A stretch of 63,532 nucleotides of DNA, counting the filler, from Octopus bimaculoides (lineage: Eukaryota), in assembly GCF_001194135.2 (NCBI RefSeq). It is 7 parts of 6 records of this genome, joined end to end, with 100 filler letters (N's around TTAATTAATTAA, not from the genome) between each part and the next. Parts side by side here need not be neighbours in the genome. Positions count along the whole stretch, not along the records: positions 36,306 to 51,787 come from NC_068995.1; 6 more parts are not named here. One strand, given 5' to 3'. The notes below the pieces were generated by a model, which saw nothing but the letters and a program-made list of their open reading frames with translations, was not told the origin of the DNA and did not search any database. Below, piece by piece: positions 38,357 to 51,633 of the stretch (position 1 is its first letter; each line of letters begins with the position of its first letter). A program made the translations under genes and the position numbers.

Positions 38357-38825
38357 TACATACGTACATACATGCATACACACACGCGCATATATATGTA
38401 TATATATACATACATGCATACATACATATATATGTGTGTGTATGTGTATGTATGTATGTATGTATGTATGTATGTACGTACGTATGCATGTGTGTATGTA
38501 TACATGTTCATATGTAAACATTAGTTTAGTTAAAGTATGTTTGTGATATATTTCAACTTCTAAAGGCAAATTCAACACAGTTGCCGTGGAGAAAAAATTT
38601 CTCTTATGGTAATGAGGTGTAAAAACACCATATCTATCCAGTGCTTCCCCTTGTCGGATTCCCAGACGCGTTTCTAGTTCTTTAGGCGTTATCATTGGGA
38701 AATACCGAAGATAGGCAACTCTGAATAAACTTAAGTCACGCCGTATCATTACCTAAAACTCAGCCAACAACATTGACTGAAATGTGCGATAAGACCGCCA
38801 TGTTGTAAAAATACATCTTGTGTCC

Positions 38826-39205
38826 AAAAAAAGAGTCAGTTTATGCACGATTTCCGTTCACTGGTCAGCAAGCGAGGAATTGCACGCCTGCAACATGAAT
38901 TTTTTCTCATGAGAGCACCTAATAAACATTTCAGGTTTGGAATTTAAGAAGTCGCCCTGCTCAAGCGAATTTTTTAGGATCTTTTTTCCTCACGGTCAAG
39001 CAAAGATTGCGTCGTCTGGTTCCGTTGAGGTATGGTCCAGGCTGTTCCAGGAGCCTCCTCTATGGTGTTTCCTCTTTTTTTAAACGTCATATGTAGTTGG
39101 CAAAAACCGGTGCGCCTCTCTGGAATCTTAAAGGAAGACCTGTGGTTATTTAGTCGCCGCCTAAATGTGCCTTCCCTTGCTCCGACAAATTTCCATCTAT
39201 GTGTC
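38826..39205 (-). mobile_element. Penelope-like element, GIY-YIG endonuclease remnant
   Basis: KFVGAREGTFRRRLNNHRSSFK..., then after a frameshift RNLCLT..KILK..FLNSKPEMFIRCSHEKKFML; resembles Penelope YxG..FK.R..NH..SF / CNLCL.EK..I / LLN...E....CRH..KF. Confidence 0.8.
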
Positions 39206-39399
39206 CTTACGTTATTGGTGTTGTTATTGCTGCTGCTGTTACTGTTAGATACATTGCTAGTGCTGGTGCTTTTGTTGCTGTTGTTGCTGCTGTTAGTGCT
39301 GTTATCGGACGACTTGTTGGTGCTTCTGTTGCTGTTATTGCTGCTGCCATCGCTTCTGTTTTTACTATTACTGGCGGACACCACCTCTATCTCATAGAC

Positions 39400-39935
39400 C
39401 ACGACCTCTGCGGCTTTGGCAAACTACATATGACGTTTAAAAAAGAGGGAACACCATACAGGATTAAATGAAAGCTCCTGGAACATCTGGACCACACCTC
39501 AACGGGAGCAGACGAAGCAAACTTTGCTTGGCCGAGAGAGCAAGAATCCTAAAAAAACCCCACTTAATCCGGGGGCCTTCTTCAATTCTAGAAGTCAGGT
39601 GTTTAGTTGGTACCTTCATGAGAGAAAATTCGTGTTGGACACATGAAATTCCCCGCCTGCTGACTAGTGAACGGAAAATGTACATAAACTGACCCTTTCG
39701 GACTCAACTGCAAGCGGTCGAAGGGAGATGACTGTATCTCGCCCAGAAAGGGTTTCCGCATCGAAGAATTTCGTTCCAGGTTTTTGTTTTTCACTACCCT
39801 GTTGATCAAGACTGTATTCTTACCTCCATTAGAACAGCGTCTGGCCAGCGAGTCTAATGAGTCTCCTATATTGCTAAGAACAATAATAGACGTGTAACCA
39901 ATGATAACTTTCTGACCGGCCATTACCAACAACTA
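39400..39935 (+). mobile_element. Second Penelope-like GIY-YIG/3' UTR remnant, inverted relative to 38826-39205
   Basis: 39405-39695 aligns with the reverse complement of 38826-39115 (e.g. AACTACATATGACGTTTAAAAAAGAGG; GAACGGAAA..CATAAACTGAC). Confidence 0.78.
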
Positions 39936-40036
39936 CATTAAATATTACTGCGCAAAATACGTACATACATACACACACAAACATACATACATACATACAC
40001 AAACACATACATACATACATACATACATACACAGAC

Positions 40037-40095
<59 letters not shown>

Positions 40096-40096
40096 C

Positions 40097-40142
<46 letters not shown>

Positions 40143-40959
40143 NNNNNNNNNNNNNNNNNNNNNNNNNNNNNNNNNNNNNNNNNNNNNNNNNNNNNNNNNN
40201 NNNNNNNNNNNNNNNNNNNNNNNNNNNNNNNNNNNNNNNNNNNNNNNNNNNNNNNNNNNNNNNNNNNNNNNNNNNNNNNNNNNNNNNNNNNNNNNNNNNN
40301 NNNNNNNNNNNNNNNNNNNNNNNNNNNNNNNNNNNNNNNNNNNNNNNNNNNNNNNNNNNNNNNNNNNNNNNNNNNNNNNNNNNNNNNNNNNNNNNNNNNN
40401 NNNNNNNNNNNNNNNNNNNNNNNNNNNNNNNNNNNNNNNNNNNNNNNNNNNNNNNNNNNNNNNNNNNNNNNNNNNNNNNNNNNNNNNNNNNNNNNNNNNN
40501 NNNNNNNNNNNNNNNNNNNNNNNNNNNNNNNNNNNNNNNNNNNNNCACTATGAAACATCCTAGGCCACAAAAGTTAAAATTTATTTTTATACATGTTTAA
40601 GTTTCACGTCTATTGGAGTTAAACTTCATTAGCTAACGACAGCCAATGAAACAGAAACATGTGTTCACACTTGTCGTATTGTTGCTTGAAAACCAGACTG
40701 TCTTTCCTTAGCGGGGTGTCAATTTCGGTGCATTTTTGTAATTCTTGAAATTATCTCCCATTCTCATTTGGAGTTGATCACATTTGCTACAGTCATTTGT
40801 TCAATTTTCTTTCGTAGAGAAAATAATTTCAATAAATTGTTTATCATGTTTTGCATTTAATATATCTTTATTTGTTGTTAATGTTTATATTGAAGCCTTT
40901 GGCGACTCTGAGTTATTTGTCTTACTTCATAGTATATTTAGTATGGAATTCGAAGAAAA

Positions 40960-41560
40960 AAATGTTGGAATATGCTAGAATGAAACCCGAAATGGTGCAA
41001 ATGATGTTGGCAGTTTTCTTTCAAAATTGAGGCTATAATGAGTAGTAAAAATGTAGTTGGACTTCAAATAGCAGAACAGTACAAGTTGACATATTTCTGG
41101 TCCTCAGTGATGGACGCTGACCTTTATTAACTCGTTCTACTCGTTTCACCAACGGAAGTTCTTTAATTTGAAAAGCAGTAAATTGTTATTAATATACCAG
41201 TACATTCATTCGAAAAAGAAATATCAGTTATCTATTTTCCATTCACTTCTCTATTGACAAATAAGACGGGAATTATTCTATTTCATATCATAACATTAAA
41301 TGCACTGAAAAAGGTTTATAGCGTCCAAATGAACTGTGAATAAATTTATTCGAAGAATATAAAGTTCGAATAAATACTACCTAAATATTTCATTGCTAGA
41401 TTAGTGGGTTGCAAGTGAAGTGATTTTTGGCACAAAACGCGGAATGTAGAATGTTTAATGGGTAAAAAAGGAGACTACTTATTAACTATTGGGAATACGT
41501 GTTCGATAAATGTGACTAAAACTGCTGTGTCCAAGAAAACAATCGTAAAAAGAAATATCT
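40960..41560 (+). mobile_element. Possible highly decayed DDE transposase (Sola-like)
   Basis: Short frameshifted motifs NETRNGANDVGSFL and HSLL.IDK.DG recall the W.E....RG.NEI.SC and GHS.LPCDRDFG motifs of Sola-type transposases; very degenerate. Confidence 0.25.
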
Positions 41561-42274
41561 CACACTCCAAGGTCTTGTTAAAAAATATACCCAAGATGGC
41601 TGCCACCTGGCCAAAAAAGTTATCGTATTGAGAGATGACGAAAAGAAAAAAGATTGGTGGGAAGTTTGACTACCAAAGCAATTCTGGAAATGAGAAAGAT
41701 TGTGGACATTTAAGAGGTTAGAGGTGAGCGCCTGGACTATGAGTGCAATAGCTACAGTAATTCTATAACTTTAGGGTTGCATTTAATGGTGTTAGCGTCA
41801 GAAAAAACAAATGTAGTGAAAGTGAATTTTTTATTATGAATTCTATCAGATTGTAGGATACCTTTCACGAGATTTCGTACTGCATTTTTTCTGCATTAGA
41901 ATGCTACTTTTCCTAAGCTATGTAGTTTCTTGTGATAATTAATGCCTCCGCATTGAGTAAAAGACATGTGATAGTGGTACTACATCATACTTTTTTAAAG
42001 ATTATCAAGGCAGTACAAAACTTTTTCTTTCTCTGCCCAGGGTCTTTGGATATTACTTTGTTAGATATGAGCCCCTTCTTCAAATTTTATGAGATTATTT
42101 TTGTCGAAGTGTGTCATATTTTTGTTGCTACTAGGGAACTCAGAAAAGAGAAACGCAGGTGATTAGCCTGTAATTATTAGGATCATCGTGGGTCTTTTGT
42201 AGGAGGATGATTCATTTCCCCCAACTCTGGTATTTCTATTTTAATAAAACATTTGGCAATATTTGATATGAGTT

Positions 42275-42493
42275 AAGGCGGCGAGCTGGCAGAATTGTTA
42301 GCACGCCGGGCAAAATGCTTAAAGGTATTTCATCTGTCTTAACGTTCTGAGTTCAAAATTCTGCCGAGGTCGCCTTACTTTTCATCCTTTCGGAGTCGAT
42401 AAAATAAGTACCAGTTGAATACTGAGGTCGGTGTAATCGACTTATTCTATCCCCCGAAATTGCTGGCCTTGTGCCACAATTTGAACCCAATAT
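42275..42493 (+). mobile_element. SINE family A, full-length, tail type 2
   Basis: Aligns end to end with 3804-4042. Confidence 0.9.
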
Positions 42494-42945
42494 CTATGTA
42501 TGAGACATTTTAATTTTATCTATTGCAAGTAATTTCCAATACCTTCTCCTCTCTTGACTTCAATCGTATATTTTGCTGTGATATTTTCGTCTTCTTGTGG
42601 AACAATTTGATTTCATATTTCTTTTGCTGAGTTAATTCATTTGTTTTGTACTTCCCATATTTTACCTGCAAAATCTTTCTAGTTATTATTATTTACTTGT
42701 TATAACTTCATTATTTAATTCGTATATCTCCTTGAAATATATGTTTATTAAATTGTCTGATCCGTTTTTCACATCTCTGCATTCTTCACACTTTAGATTT
42801 CCTCTGTTTCATATTTTCTTTTGATATTGTTATAAGAGGGTTTAAATTGTTTCAGTAGTTATAAACAATTTTTTAAATAATGTATTCTTTTATTTGTTTC
42901 AGTCACTGAACAGTGGCCACAGTCATAAAATTGTTTTGCTACAAC

Positions 42946-43260
42946 AGATTATCAAGGCAGTACAAAACTTTTTCTTTCTCTGCCCAGGGTCTTTGGATAT
43001 TACTTTGTTAGCAAGGATGTGGTCCGGAGGATCAAGAACGCTGGCCCCCACTGCTACAGGCTCAATCACAAAACTGTCAGAGAGCGATCGCTACTTTGAT
43101 AGTTTGCCGTCTCAGCCTAACGAGCAGCGGAGCCTGGGCTGGTAGCTGAACACACAGTTGCCGCTGGAGATGGTGTCACAGCATGTGGCATTCTAGATGA
43201 GAAACCTGTTACCAAGAAACGGGAAAATTGCCATTTATGTTTGTGGTCAGAGATTTTGTT
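42946..43260 (+). mobile_element. Possible piggyBac transposase C-terminal remnant
   Basis: Frameshifted LDITLL..., PNEQRSLGW*LNTQLPLEMV and KPVTKKRENCHLC resemble piggyBac C-terminal regions leading into the Cys-rich domain. Confidence 0.35.
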
Positions 43261-43464
43261 CTTCCAAAGAATTTCTTATTGTATTTTTTCAGAATTAGAT
43301 ATGTTAGACTGCAAGGAAAAGTTATAACAACCAGTAAATTGATGAAAGATAGATTGTCAGCCCCCAGATTTCGCTTGTAGATAGAAAACCAGATCCATTG
43401 GAGATTTCTAAATCGATTATATCATATCCAAATTCGTGATCTAGTGCCTATAACAGAAACGATT

Positions 43465-43613
43465 TTCTTCTTCTTCTTCTTCTTCTTCTTCTTCTTCTTC
43501 TTCTTCTTCTTCTTCTTCTTCTTCTTCTTCTTCTTCTTCTTCTTCTTCTTCTTCTTCTTCTTCTTCTTCTTCTTCTTCTTCTTCTTCTTCTTCTTCTTCT
43601 TCTTCTTCTTCTT
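43465..43613. repeat. (TTC)n, ~50 units
   Basis: Direct reading; source of the poly-E and poly-F ORFs. Confidence 0.99.
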
Positions 43614-44299
43614 TGCCGTAGTTGAACGTATTATAGAAGCTCAGTAAGTTTGGGTCTTGCTTTCCGTTCCAAAATATTGTATTTGTTAATTTTATTGTTT
43701 TACCTTGTTGTGAGGACTGGTCAAATACGTTTCTTACCTCACGAGCAAAATTATGAAAGAAAGAAAAAATTTTCAGAATAATGTCCACAATTTGGTCTTC
43801 GCTAGTTGTCAACAAGATAAGAAGTGGGTAGTTCTGAAGGGGAAACTTTCGTTCGCAGTCAGTGCCTCCCACCACACAACACTACAGCCGTAATAATGAC
43901 CAGCAACAGAAGCAACATCATCAGTTACAACAACAGCAGTAACAACAGTAATAACAACAACAACAATATCAGTAACTGTGATAATAGCAACATCAACAAC
44001 AATAGCAACAACAGCAGTGGCGATAATATATCAAAGAGTAGCAGTCCTCACAGGTCGGCTTAACAACAGTAAAACTATCACCGTCGCTCAAAAGTCATCT
44101 AGAGGACAGAGGAATTAATTTCCACCACTGCCACCTCTATTGTAACTGTAATCGCACCAAAGGAGCCGTAACCACGACCAGTAATAAGCAATAAGTTATA
44201 AGCTATGACAGTAGTAACAACATCAAAAGTAACAACAGCAACAGCAGCAGTATTCATTTGCTGGCGTTGTAAAAATCTTTTAGCACCACTAGACCAGAA

Positions 44300-46900
44300 A
44301 GAAGCAGGACTAAACATCAATCGATTAGAAAGTTACATTCACAATACCACTGGAGCTCGCAGAATAAACAGATAGAAGAACGGTGATATACAGGTATAGA
44401 CTGGCGCGAATCTGCTCAGAAAAAGCTGAATTGTACTTTAAAAGCATCTGGAGAGGCTTAAACTTTTTCATAAGTGTCAGTCAATGTGGATGCATGCGAG
44501 TGGATTTTTCTCTGAGACCTTGATGCATAAACACTACAGTGTTTGTGGAATTTACACGGATGCCAATTTATCTGGAATGGAGAGTAATCAGAGTAAAAAT
44601 TGCAAATATTCCACCAGAACTAGCTTTCTAGTGGGTGTTGAAATGTGTTGTGCTGGAAGAAACAAACATGCTGCTGGAAATAAAAAAAGATTTCAAAACG
44701 AAAATTCGAGTGGAATTGTGTTGAATATCCTTATTTTGGCGAAACCTGAGACATGGAATAGGGTACCCGATGTGATAAAGATCCCTCGAAGACAGGAACA
44801 TCAGGTGGTAGTTGAGAATAGAAGACCTAGATGCCACAATTGTGCAAACACCTATCATTTCAAGATCTTGTATCCCTAACAACAAAAGAAAATGCTACAA
44901 CAGCAACAGCAACAACAACTACAGCATCAACAGTAATACCAGTAATCGCTCGCAACCGCAGCAACAGTGGCTGCAGCACCGGCCGCAAGAATGGAAACAG
45001 TGTCTACAACAACAGCAATAATACTAACAGTGGAAGCAACAGCAACAAACCAACAAAAGAAGCACCGCACTCAAAGGCTACTACATCACAGATAACAGCC
45101 ACAACAACAATAACAGAAAGTCCCAAAGCAACAACATAGACAGTGCTAAACTAACTCCACACCACAACCACAGACATGTATCTCAGACACGTGTGGTGAA
45201 GGTGACGAGAGAGGGACTCTAAATGGCAGAAAGTAAAAAAATTAGATACTATCAATACCGTCATTGCTACTGCCAACACCTCTGCTACTACGACCATCTC
45301 CAGCATTACAAACACAAGCACAACTTAATTTGCTCCCATAACAACAGCAAAAAGAAATTGTTAATTACATGGCTGCAGATACAAGCAGCAAAAATTAATG
45401 AATCACATACATCAACATACAAATATCACAGACAAACAAGCATGCAGAAACACATAAAAATTTAATCTTCAGAAGAACACAGAGCTTTTAAAAATATATC
45501 ACTGTAATAGGAGATTTTCTGACGAAATATTAACAACAAATCCTACAAAAACTAATCTGTGAAAATACTTGCAACAAGCTATACGGATGAAACACTTGTT
45601 CTTATAAAGAAATATGGTACGCGTTCCTTCTCTTTTTCTTCCTTTTATCTAATATGGTCTTATTTCGAATAAGCTGTGCGGTTGTATGTGAGGTCACCTT
45701 GGAAGCAAGGCCATCAGCTCAACAACCTCAGGTCACTAGATATGGATGTCATGGTCATCAGCGAGACTAGAATTTCTGATCCACGAGCCTTCGCAACCTA
45801 TTTCTGCAAATACGAGGTATGCATATCTTCCCCGGGATCGGGAGACGGAGTCGCTGTCTGTTTCGGAAAGGTCTAGATCTTGCAATATGTACTACTTTCT
45901 TAGACCCAGTGTAAGATGGTGGTGCTTGACATGACCAGCAGCGTAGGGCATATCTTCCAACCAAAAACGGTTTACATCCCGCCAAGACGGTGCAGTTAAA
46001 TTTACTTAGGTATCTACCATGTTTCATGTGAATGTCCTACTTCTTAGTGCCTGAGGGAGATTGAAACGGTATTTTCGTTGCAAGATGGACTATGTGGAAA
46101 TAACTGATACGAATAAAAGAATAAATGAATAAGCCTTTCTAGGTCGACTGCTCGGACCAAAAATTGTGATCTTATAGCCGACCTCTTTGAATTGTGGACA
46201 GCCTATTTCATCTCTCTCTCTATTGGCCTATCTATTAGAGAGTACAGTAAACGAGCGTTGTCAGGGTCGTTCTTCGACAACAAATGGTGGTTTACCCGAA
46301 AAGAACGTTTAGAACAGAATCAATAAGTTTTAGTAAGGAAGTGGCGACAGTCAAAAATAAAACAGAGGGAGGCGTAGTTAGAAACTTAGAAGGGGCGCTT
46401 AGTAAAGATATCGCAACCGACGTGCATACAATAAGATTGTACCTCGATCATTTCTACGCGAAGCACGAAGACTCCGTTATCAATGCTGAGGCGTGTAATC
46501 TAAGATACGATGGATCGAAGACTGTTTGATGGATATGAGTAGCAGAGGTACAACATGGTAAGAAAGATATGATTTGGTCTTTGGCGAACAATGATGAGTG
46601 TATTTTAATCAATTCCAAGTTGATGTTTACAACTTTTCAGTAACACTTCGGTTGACTGCTCGGGACAAATAACGGAATGGAACATAGGATTGATTTCAGG
46701 GCCTATCTCGATGACCTGTGGCAACTTCATTGGGAGGATAAGTTAGGAACTTGACATGGATGTGGGCACTAGTCAACGTAAATCAATTGAAAGCTTTCGA
46801 TAGGATTGATCACCAATACTTGTCGGTTTCGGTCCCTTCTTTAGGAATTGGATTGTCGTAATATAATTCATCGAAGCTCCAACAGCTTTGGCAAGACATA
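44300..46900 (+). mobile_element. Decayed L1/Tx1-like LINE: ORF1 knuckle, APE endonuclease, RT remnants
   Basis: VVVENRRPRCHNCANTYHFK (degenerate CCHC, ~44810-44870); VRSPWKQGHQLNNLRSLDMDVMVISETR..GSGDGVAV (APE motifs, ~45690-45865); ALVNVNQLKAFDRIDHQYL (RT, ~46765-46822); many stops and frameshifts. Confidence 0.82.
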
Positions 46901-47964
46901 GTGATGATACTGAGAGTTTAGGCGTATCTAAATATCAGAAGTACTTCTATCACCAAAAGACCGGCATTATCGTCATGACTCTGCATTGAATTACCCAGGA
47001 TAACTGTAGAAGGTTATATGTTTCGTTAAAGGGTGTCCAACCACAGATGAATAAATGTCTACTAAAAAAATAAAATCCTCACAAACGATCAATGTATGAA
47101 CAAACAAACAATAAAGTTGGTGTTAGAATATTTGATATAGTCAGCATTAAATAGCTAATTAAAAACACTAATTTAGTAGAGAGGAAATTACACTATCTCA
47201 GTGACTAATATCATTTTAATAATTTCGTCATTTTAGTATCATGAGACTTCCTCAACGAAGCATAGATTTTACTATACTGTCGAAGTCGGAGCGGAAGACT
47301 AAATAGATTAGAGTGCACAACAGGGCGTGAAGATTTAGCATATTGCAAAAATAACCAACAAATCACTTAGGTTAATTACACCGAGAGCCATCAGCATCAA
47401 AAACAATAGTTAATTTAGCTATTATAACAATTATGTCACCAATTTCTTTATAAAGTTCATCAACTTTCATATTTATCATGAAAGCAATGAAAGCTCGTTG
47501 GTTTTAATTGTAACAAGTAGGTTTGACTACGTCCGCTATAAGTTACATAGCTAAATGGTTTAGCAATAAGCAAAGTGATATAGCAGCAAACTGTTGTTTT
47601 CAACTACACCATTCACAATCTATTTTTTAAAAAGTTGTATGAAATCAATATGCCAAGGAATAGAAAGAAAAAAAAACCAAAAGCAATAAACTGTGAAAGG
47701 TTTAATCCTCCCGAAGTCAAAACCTCGTATCCTTTAGAACTTACTATTGGAAATCTATTCTATCGGTTGACACTGAAATAAATAAATAAATAAATGAATA
47801 GTTGAAAACGTCCAATCGATGACTACGTTACTACCTTTATTTAGATGTCTGAAGAGAAAGAAAATAAGAAAAAAGAAATCGACGTGTGATTCAAAGACAG
47901 AAGGAAAGACGCCATTAATGTTTGACAGCAGAAATTCTGGTAGACTGAATTTGGTGGAAGAAAT

Positions 47965-48030
<66 letters not shown>

Positions 48031-48829
48031 CACACACACAACACACACACAACACACACATTCATATATATAAGCATGTGTGTCTGTGTAGGTATATGCG
48101 TGCGTGTGTGTGAGAGTGAGTGTGTGTATGTGTGTGTATGTGTGTGTATGTGTGTGTGTGTATGTGTGAGTGTGTTTACACCAGTACAAAAACATACATG
48201 CAGCTACCAGCATCTATGTGGCTACATGATTCAAATCTCATATATCGCCTCCAGAAAGTGTAGAAAACATTGAGCAATGAAATCTTCGGTATACTGTTTG
48301 AACAAGCAATGTATCTAAGACTGGTTGCAGCAGAAACACTTTTGATCATTCAGTTTAAAAACAACAAACTAAGAAGCTTCTTTGTGATTAGGTCAACTTG
48401 TTAGAAATAGCACCAAGTATCCCTTAAATCATAACCTATCTTTAGAAATGGTGGAGGTATATTGGGTGCTAAATACGTAATATCTGAAAGAAGAATGAGA
48501 GGATCATGATAAAAGCATCTTTGATCATCGGTATGTTCAGTCTGGGTTGAGCCCGGGCTAAACAACAAAAATATTCCAAACGAAATACATTAAATAAGGA
48601 GCAGAGAAAATCCATTCAAAATTCAAAATATAATAGGTTTATTGTTCATATAAGTTTATGATGACCCCATACACTTGCTGGCTTCCGGTATGCGGAGCTT
48701 TCGACTGGTAGCACTTGTACGTGCAAGTTGTTTTCAAAATATCTACCTTTCTTTTACTTGTTTTAGTTTTATCTGAAATCTTTGTATTTCCTGGATTCAC
48801 GAAAATAGGTAAGGGTAAGCAGGATTTAC

Positions 48830-49460
48830 AACAGCAAGACACTAACGTAACCCGCAGTTTCTTCTTTGTGGACAATCTAAAGATCTACGTTGAGAAACGG
48901 CTGGATTATCGAAGGATGGAATTTGGTCAAAAGGTATTTGATATTTAACAACTGAAAAAATGTTCCTAAGCCCAAAACCTGTGCATTAATAGTCGGTCCA
49001 TTTTCCCTGTTCCACGAAACGAGTGCTACATACATCTTGGAACTAATGAGAATATATCATACAAATGCAGTGTATATATACTCTATCCACATATAGAGTC
49101 ACAAAAAACTCCACCAGACTAAAAACGATATGGCAGTCAACTCTTTCCTCTTACATCAGAACAATATCCCACAATGAATTAGCAGTACTAATACTTACAT
49201 ATAGGATACTTGATTGATCTATAGAGGAAATCCACTCTATAGATATTAAAACCTACAAAATCCTGATACTAACTGCAAGTTTCCACAGAAACAGTGGTAT
49301 TGATAGACTCTCAAAAGAAAAAAAGTAGGAGAAAGAGGAGACCTAAGATTAGTGCAGACAGCACACAACCTTTGAGCGTCATTCAGACAGTATCTGTTAG
49401 ACAACGGCAACAAAAATAAATATATCAACCAAGTGCTCAAAAGTGAGGGGAATAACATCC
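48830..49460 (+). mobile_element. R4/Dong-type LINE reverse transcriptase remnant
   Basis: FFVDNLKIY (YADD-equivalent), MEFGQK, then frameshifted IWQSTLSSY..ISHNELAV..LD.SIEEIHSIDIKT.KIL..TASFHRNSGIDRL. Confidence 0.65.
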
Positions 49461-49761
49461 CGCGGTTCGGTAGTGAAATCTTTAAGAAGAGGTTACTTCA
49501 TGCTGACTTCACATTTAAACCTAGAAGTATAAGACTAGAACAACGCAGCAAGGACTTGGAATGAAAACACTAATCATATCACACGCACGCGTGCGCAGAC
49601 AGACAGATAGGCAGATAGATAGATAGATATGTGTGTGTGTGTGTGCATATCTATAATATAAATCCCGTTCTGTGTGTGTGTGTGTGTGTGTGTGTGAGTT
49701 TCTGCATGCATTTATGTGTGTCATTGTTTCTCCCACCATCGCTTGACAACCGATGCTGGCA

Positions 49762-49987
49762 GCATTCACCAACTTAAACAAGAAGACCGTCCAGAAGAGC
49801 TGTAGGAGATTCCAAAGTCGCACGGAGGTCGTGGTTGAAGCCAATGGCGATTTTATTGAATGAATTTACTCTTTAGTATTTCAAGACATTTTTATGTAAT
49901 TTTGGTAAATACATCTGTTAAAATGAGTTGTCAGTGTTATTTTCATTTTGCGTAATTTAGACGACAATTCATTCACCGCGCCCTGTA
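49762..49987 (+). mobile_element. maT (DD37D) transposon 3' end with TIR and TA, fused to a SINE B fragment
   Basis: GCAGCATTCACCAACTTAAACAAG..CAGAAGAGCTG matches 59240-59300; ends GACGACAATTCATTCACCGCGCCCTG-TA. Confidence 0.8.
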
Positions 49988-50290
49988 TATACAAACATAC
50001 ATTTATATATATATAATAACATATTAATGCATTTGATAATATACGCCTGTATATCTTTGCATATAGATAAGATTATTATGGCTCTATTTGGAGTGTCTGG
50101 TTCCTTATATATATTACATAAATATGTAGCAATATATATAATATGAAATACATATACAAACATATATGCATACATACNNNNNNNNNNAAAAAAAATTGCT
50201 TTTTATATTAAATTCACGTCTTTGAAAGTCCTTTAAGATATTTACTTCCGGTTTTCTAGCGTCAGTGACGTCTATATCTCTCTATCCATC

Positions 50291-50349
<59 letters not shown>

Positions 50350-50351
<2 letters not shown>

Positions 50352-51633
50352 ATCTATCTTATTTGTCTAACTTGCTAGCTCTCTCTCCCCTCTCTCTATA
50401 TCTTACTCACTCTCAATTGCTTTCACTTTCATTTTTGAGACGCTATTGTTTTCACTTTCAGTTCAGTCACTATTGTTTTCACTATAAGTTTTCAATCGCT
50501 ATTTACAAACAACAACGACAAATTACTGACGGAAAGAAGTTCACAATCACTGATGAAAGTAATTTCATACATAATTTACTGACAGAAGTAACTTCATAAA
50601 TTTCACTTCAATCTGTACACTTCGTTAACTTTGCCTACTAATTTCTTATTTACTTTTGCAACGTTTTGTGTTTTTTCTTTTGTTGTAGACGGAATTACTG
50701 ATAAAAGTAAGTTCATAATTTACTGACAGAAGTAACTTCAATCATTTCACTTAAATCCGTACACTTAGTTAATTTCCCTAAAAATTTCTTATTTACTTTT
50801 GCAACAGTTTTGTGTTTTTCTGTTGTTAACGGTTATTTTCTGGTTCCTTCGATACTGGCTCTTAGGTTCACTGACAAATTTCGCTTCAACCCGTACAATT
50901 CTTTATTTTCCGTAAAAATTTCTTATTTACTTTCTGCCCGTCATATTAAGAAATATAATTTCCGTTACCCAGTTATTTCCGTTGTTTACTATCTTCTGCA
51001 CCCGTGTATTTCTGTATACGTATATAACAATGCCTAGAAGGAAAATGTCAAATTTGTCTACAATGTCAAGGTCAGCCAAAAGAATGTCTCTGTCCAGGGA
51101 AAGAGAGACAGTTGCAGAAAGAGAAGCATATCAAGAAACGAACAGACTGTGCACTACAAAAGCCAAAGCATCTCAAAGTGATGAACAGAGGTATGCACGG
51201 CTGACAAGGAATAGGATCTCCACTGTAGAACGAAGAGCAGTTGCAACAGTTCAGAGAAGCAACTTTCAATTATGATCCAGCAGTTCATTATGCAGATGAC
51301 ACTAGAATTTCTAATGGTGCAATAACAACTGAGAGCATACATTGTAAAGCAAGGAAGTGGCCTGGAGAGACACCTGCGTTGTGCTGCAGTGGTGGAAAGG
51401 TTAAACTCCCTGCAATCACCCAACCTCCAAAGCCATTGAAGAAACTGTTGTCATCAACTGACTAAGATTCCAAGCATTTCCAAAGCAAAATTAGACAATA
51501 CAACGCTGCACAACAGATGACATCATTTGGAGCCACAAGAGATTTAACTGAGCCAGGATTCATGCAAACTTTCAAGATCCAAGGTCAGGTTTATCATCGG
51601 ATTAGCTCTCTACTCCCTCTGTCAAATGAATAA
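50350..51633 (+). mobile_element. Helitron 5' region and RepHel N-terminal pseudogene (CDS remnant 51030-51633)
   Basis: MPRRKMSNLS..., frameshift, then FNYDP..HCKARKWPGETPALCCSGGKVKLP..PPKPLKKLL..*DSKHFQSKIRQYN..QMTSFGA..TFKIQGQVYHRISSLLP*, typical Helitron N-terminal motifs; upstream ~144-bp tandem repeats at 50520-50830. The 5' boundary is approximate. Confidence 0.88.
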
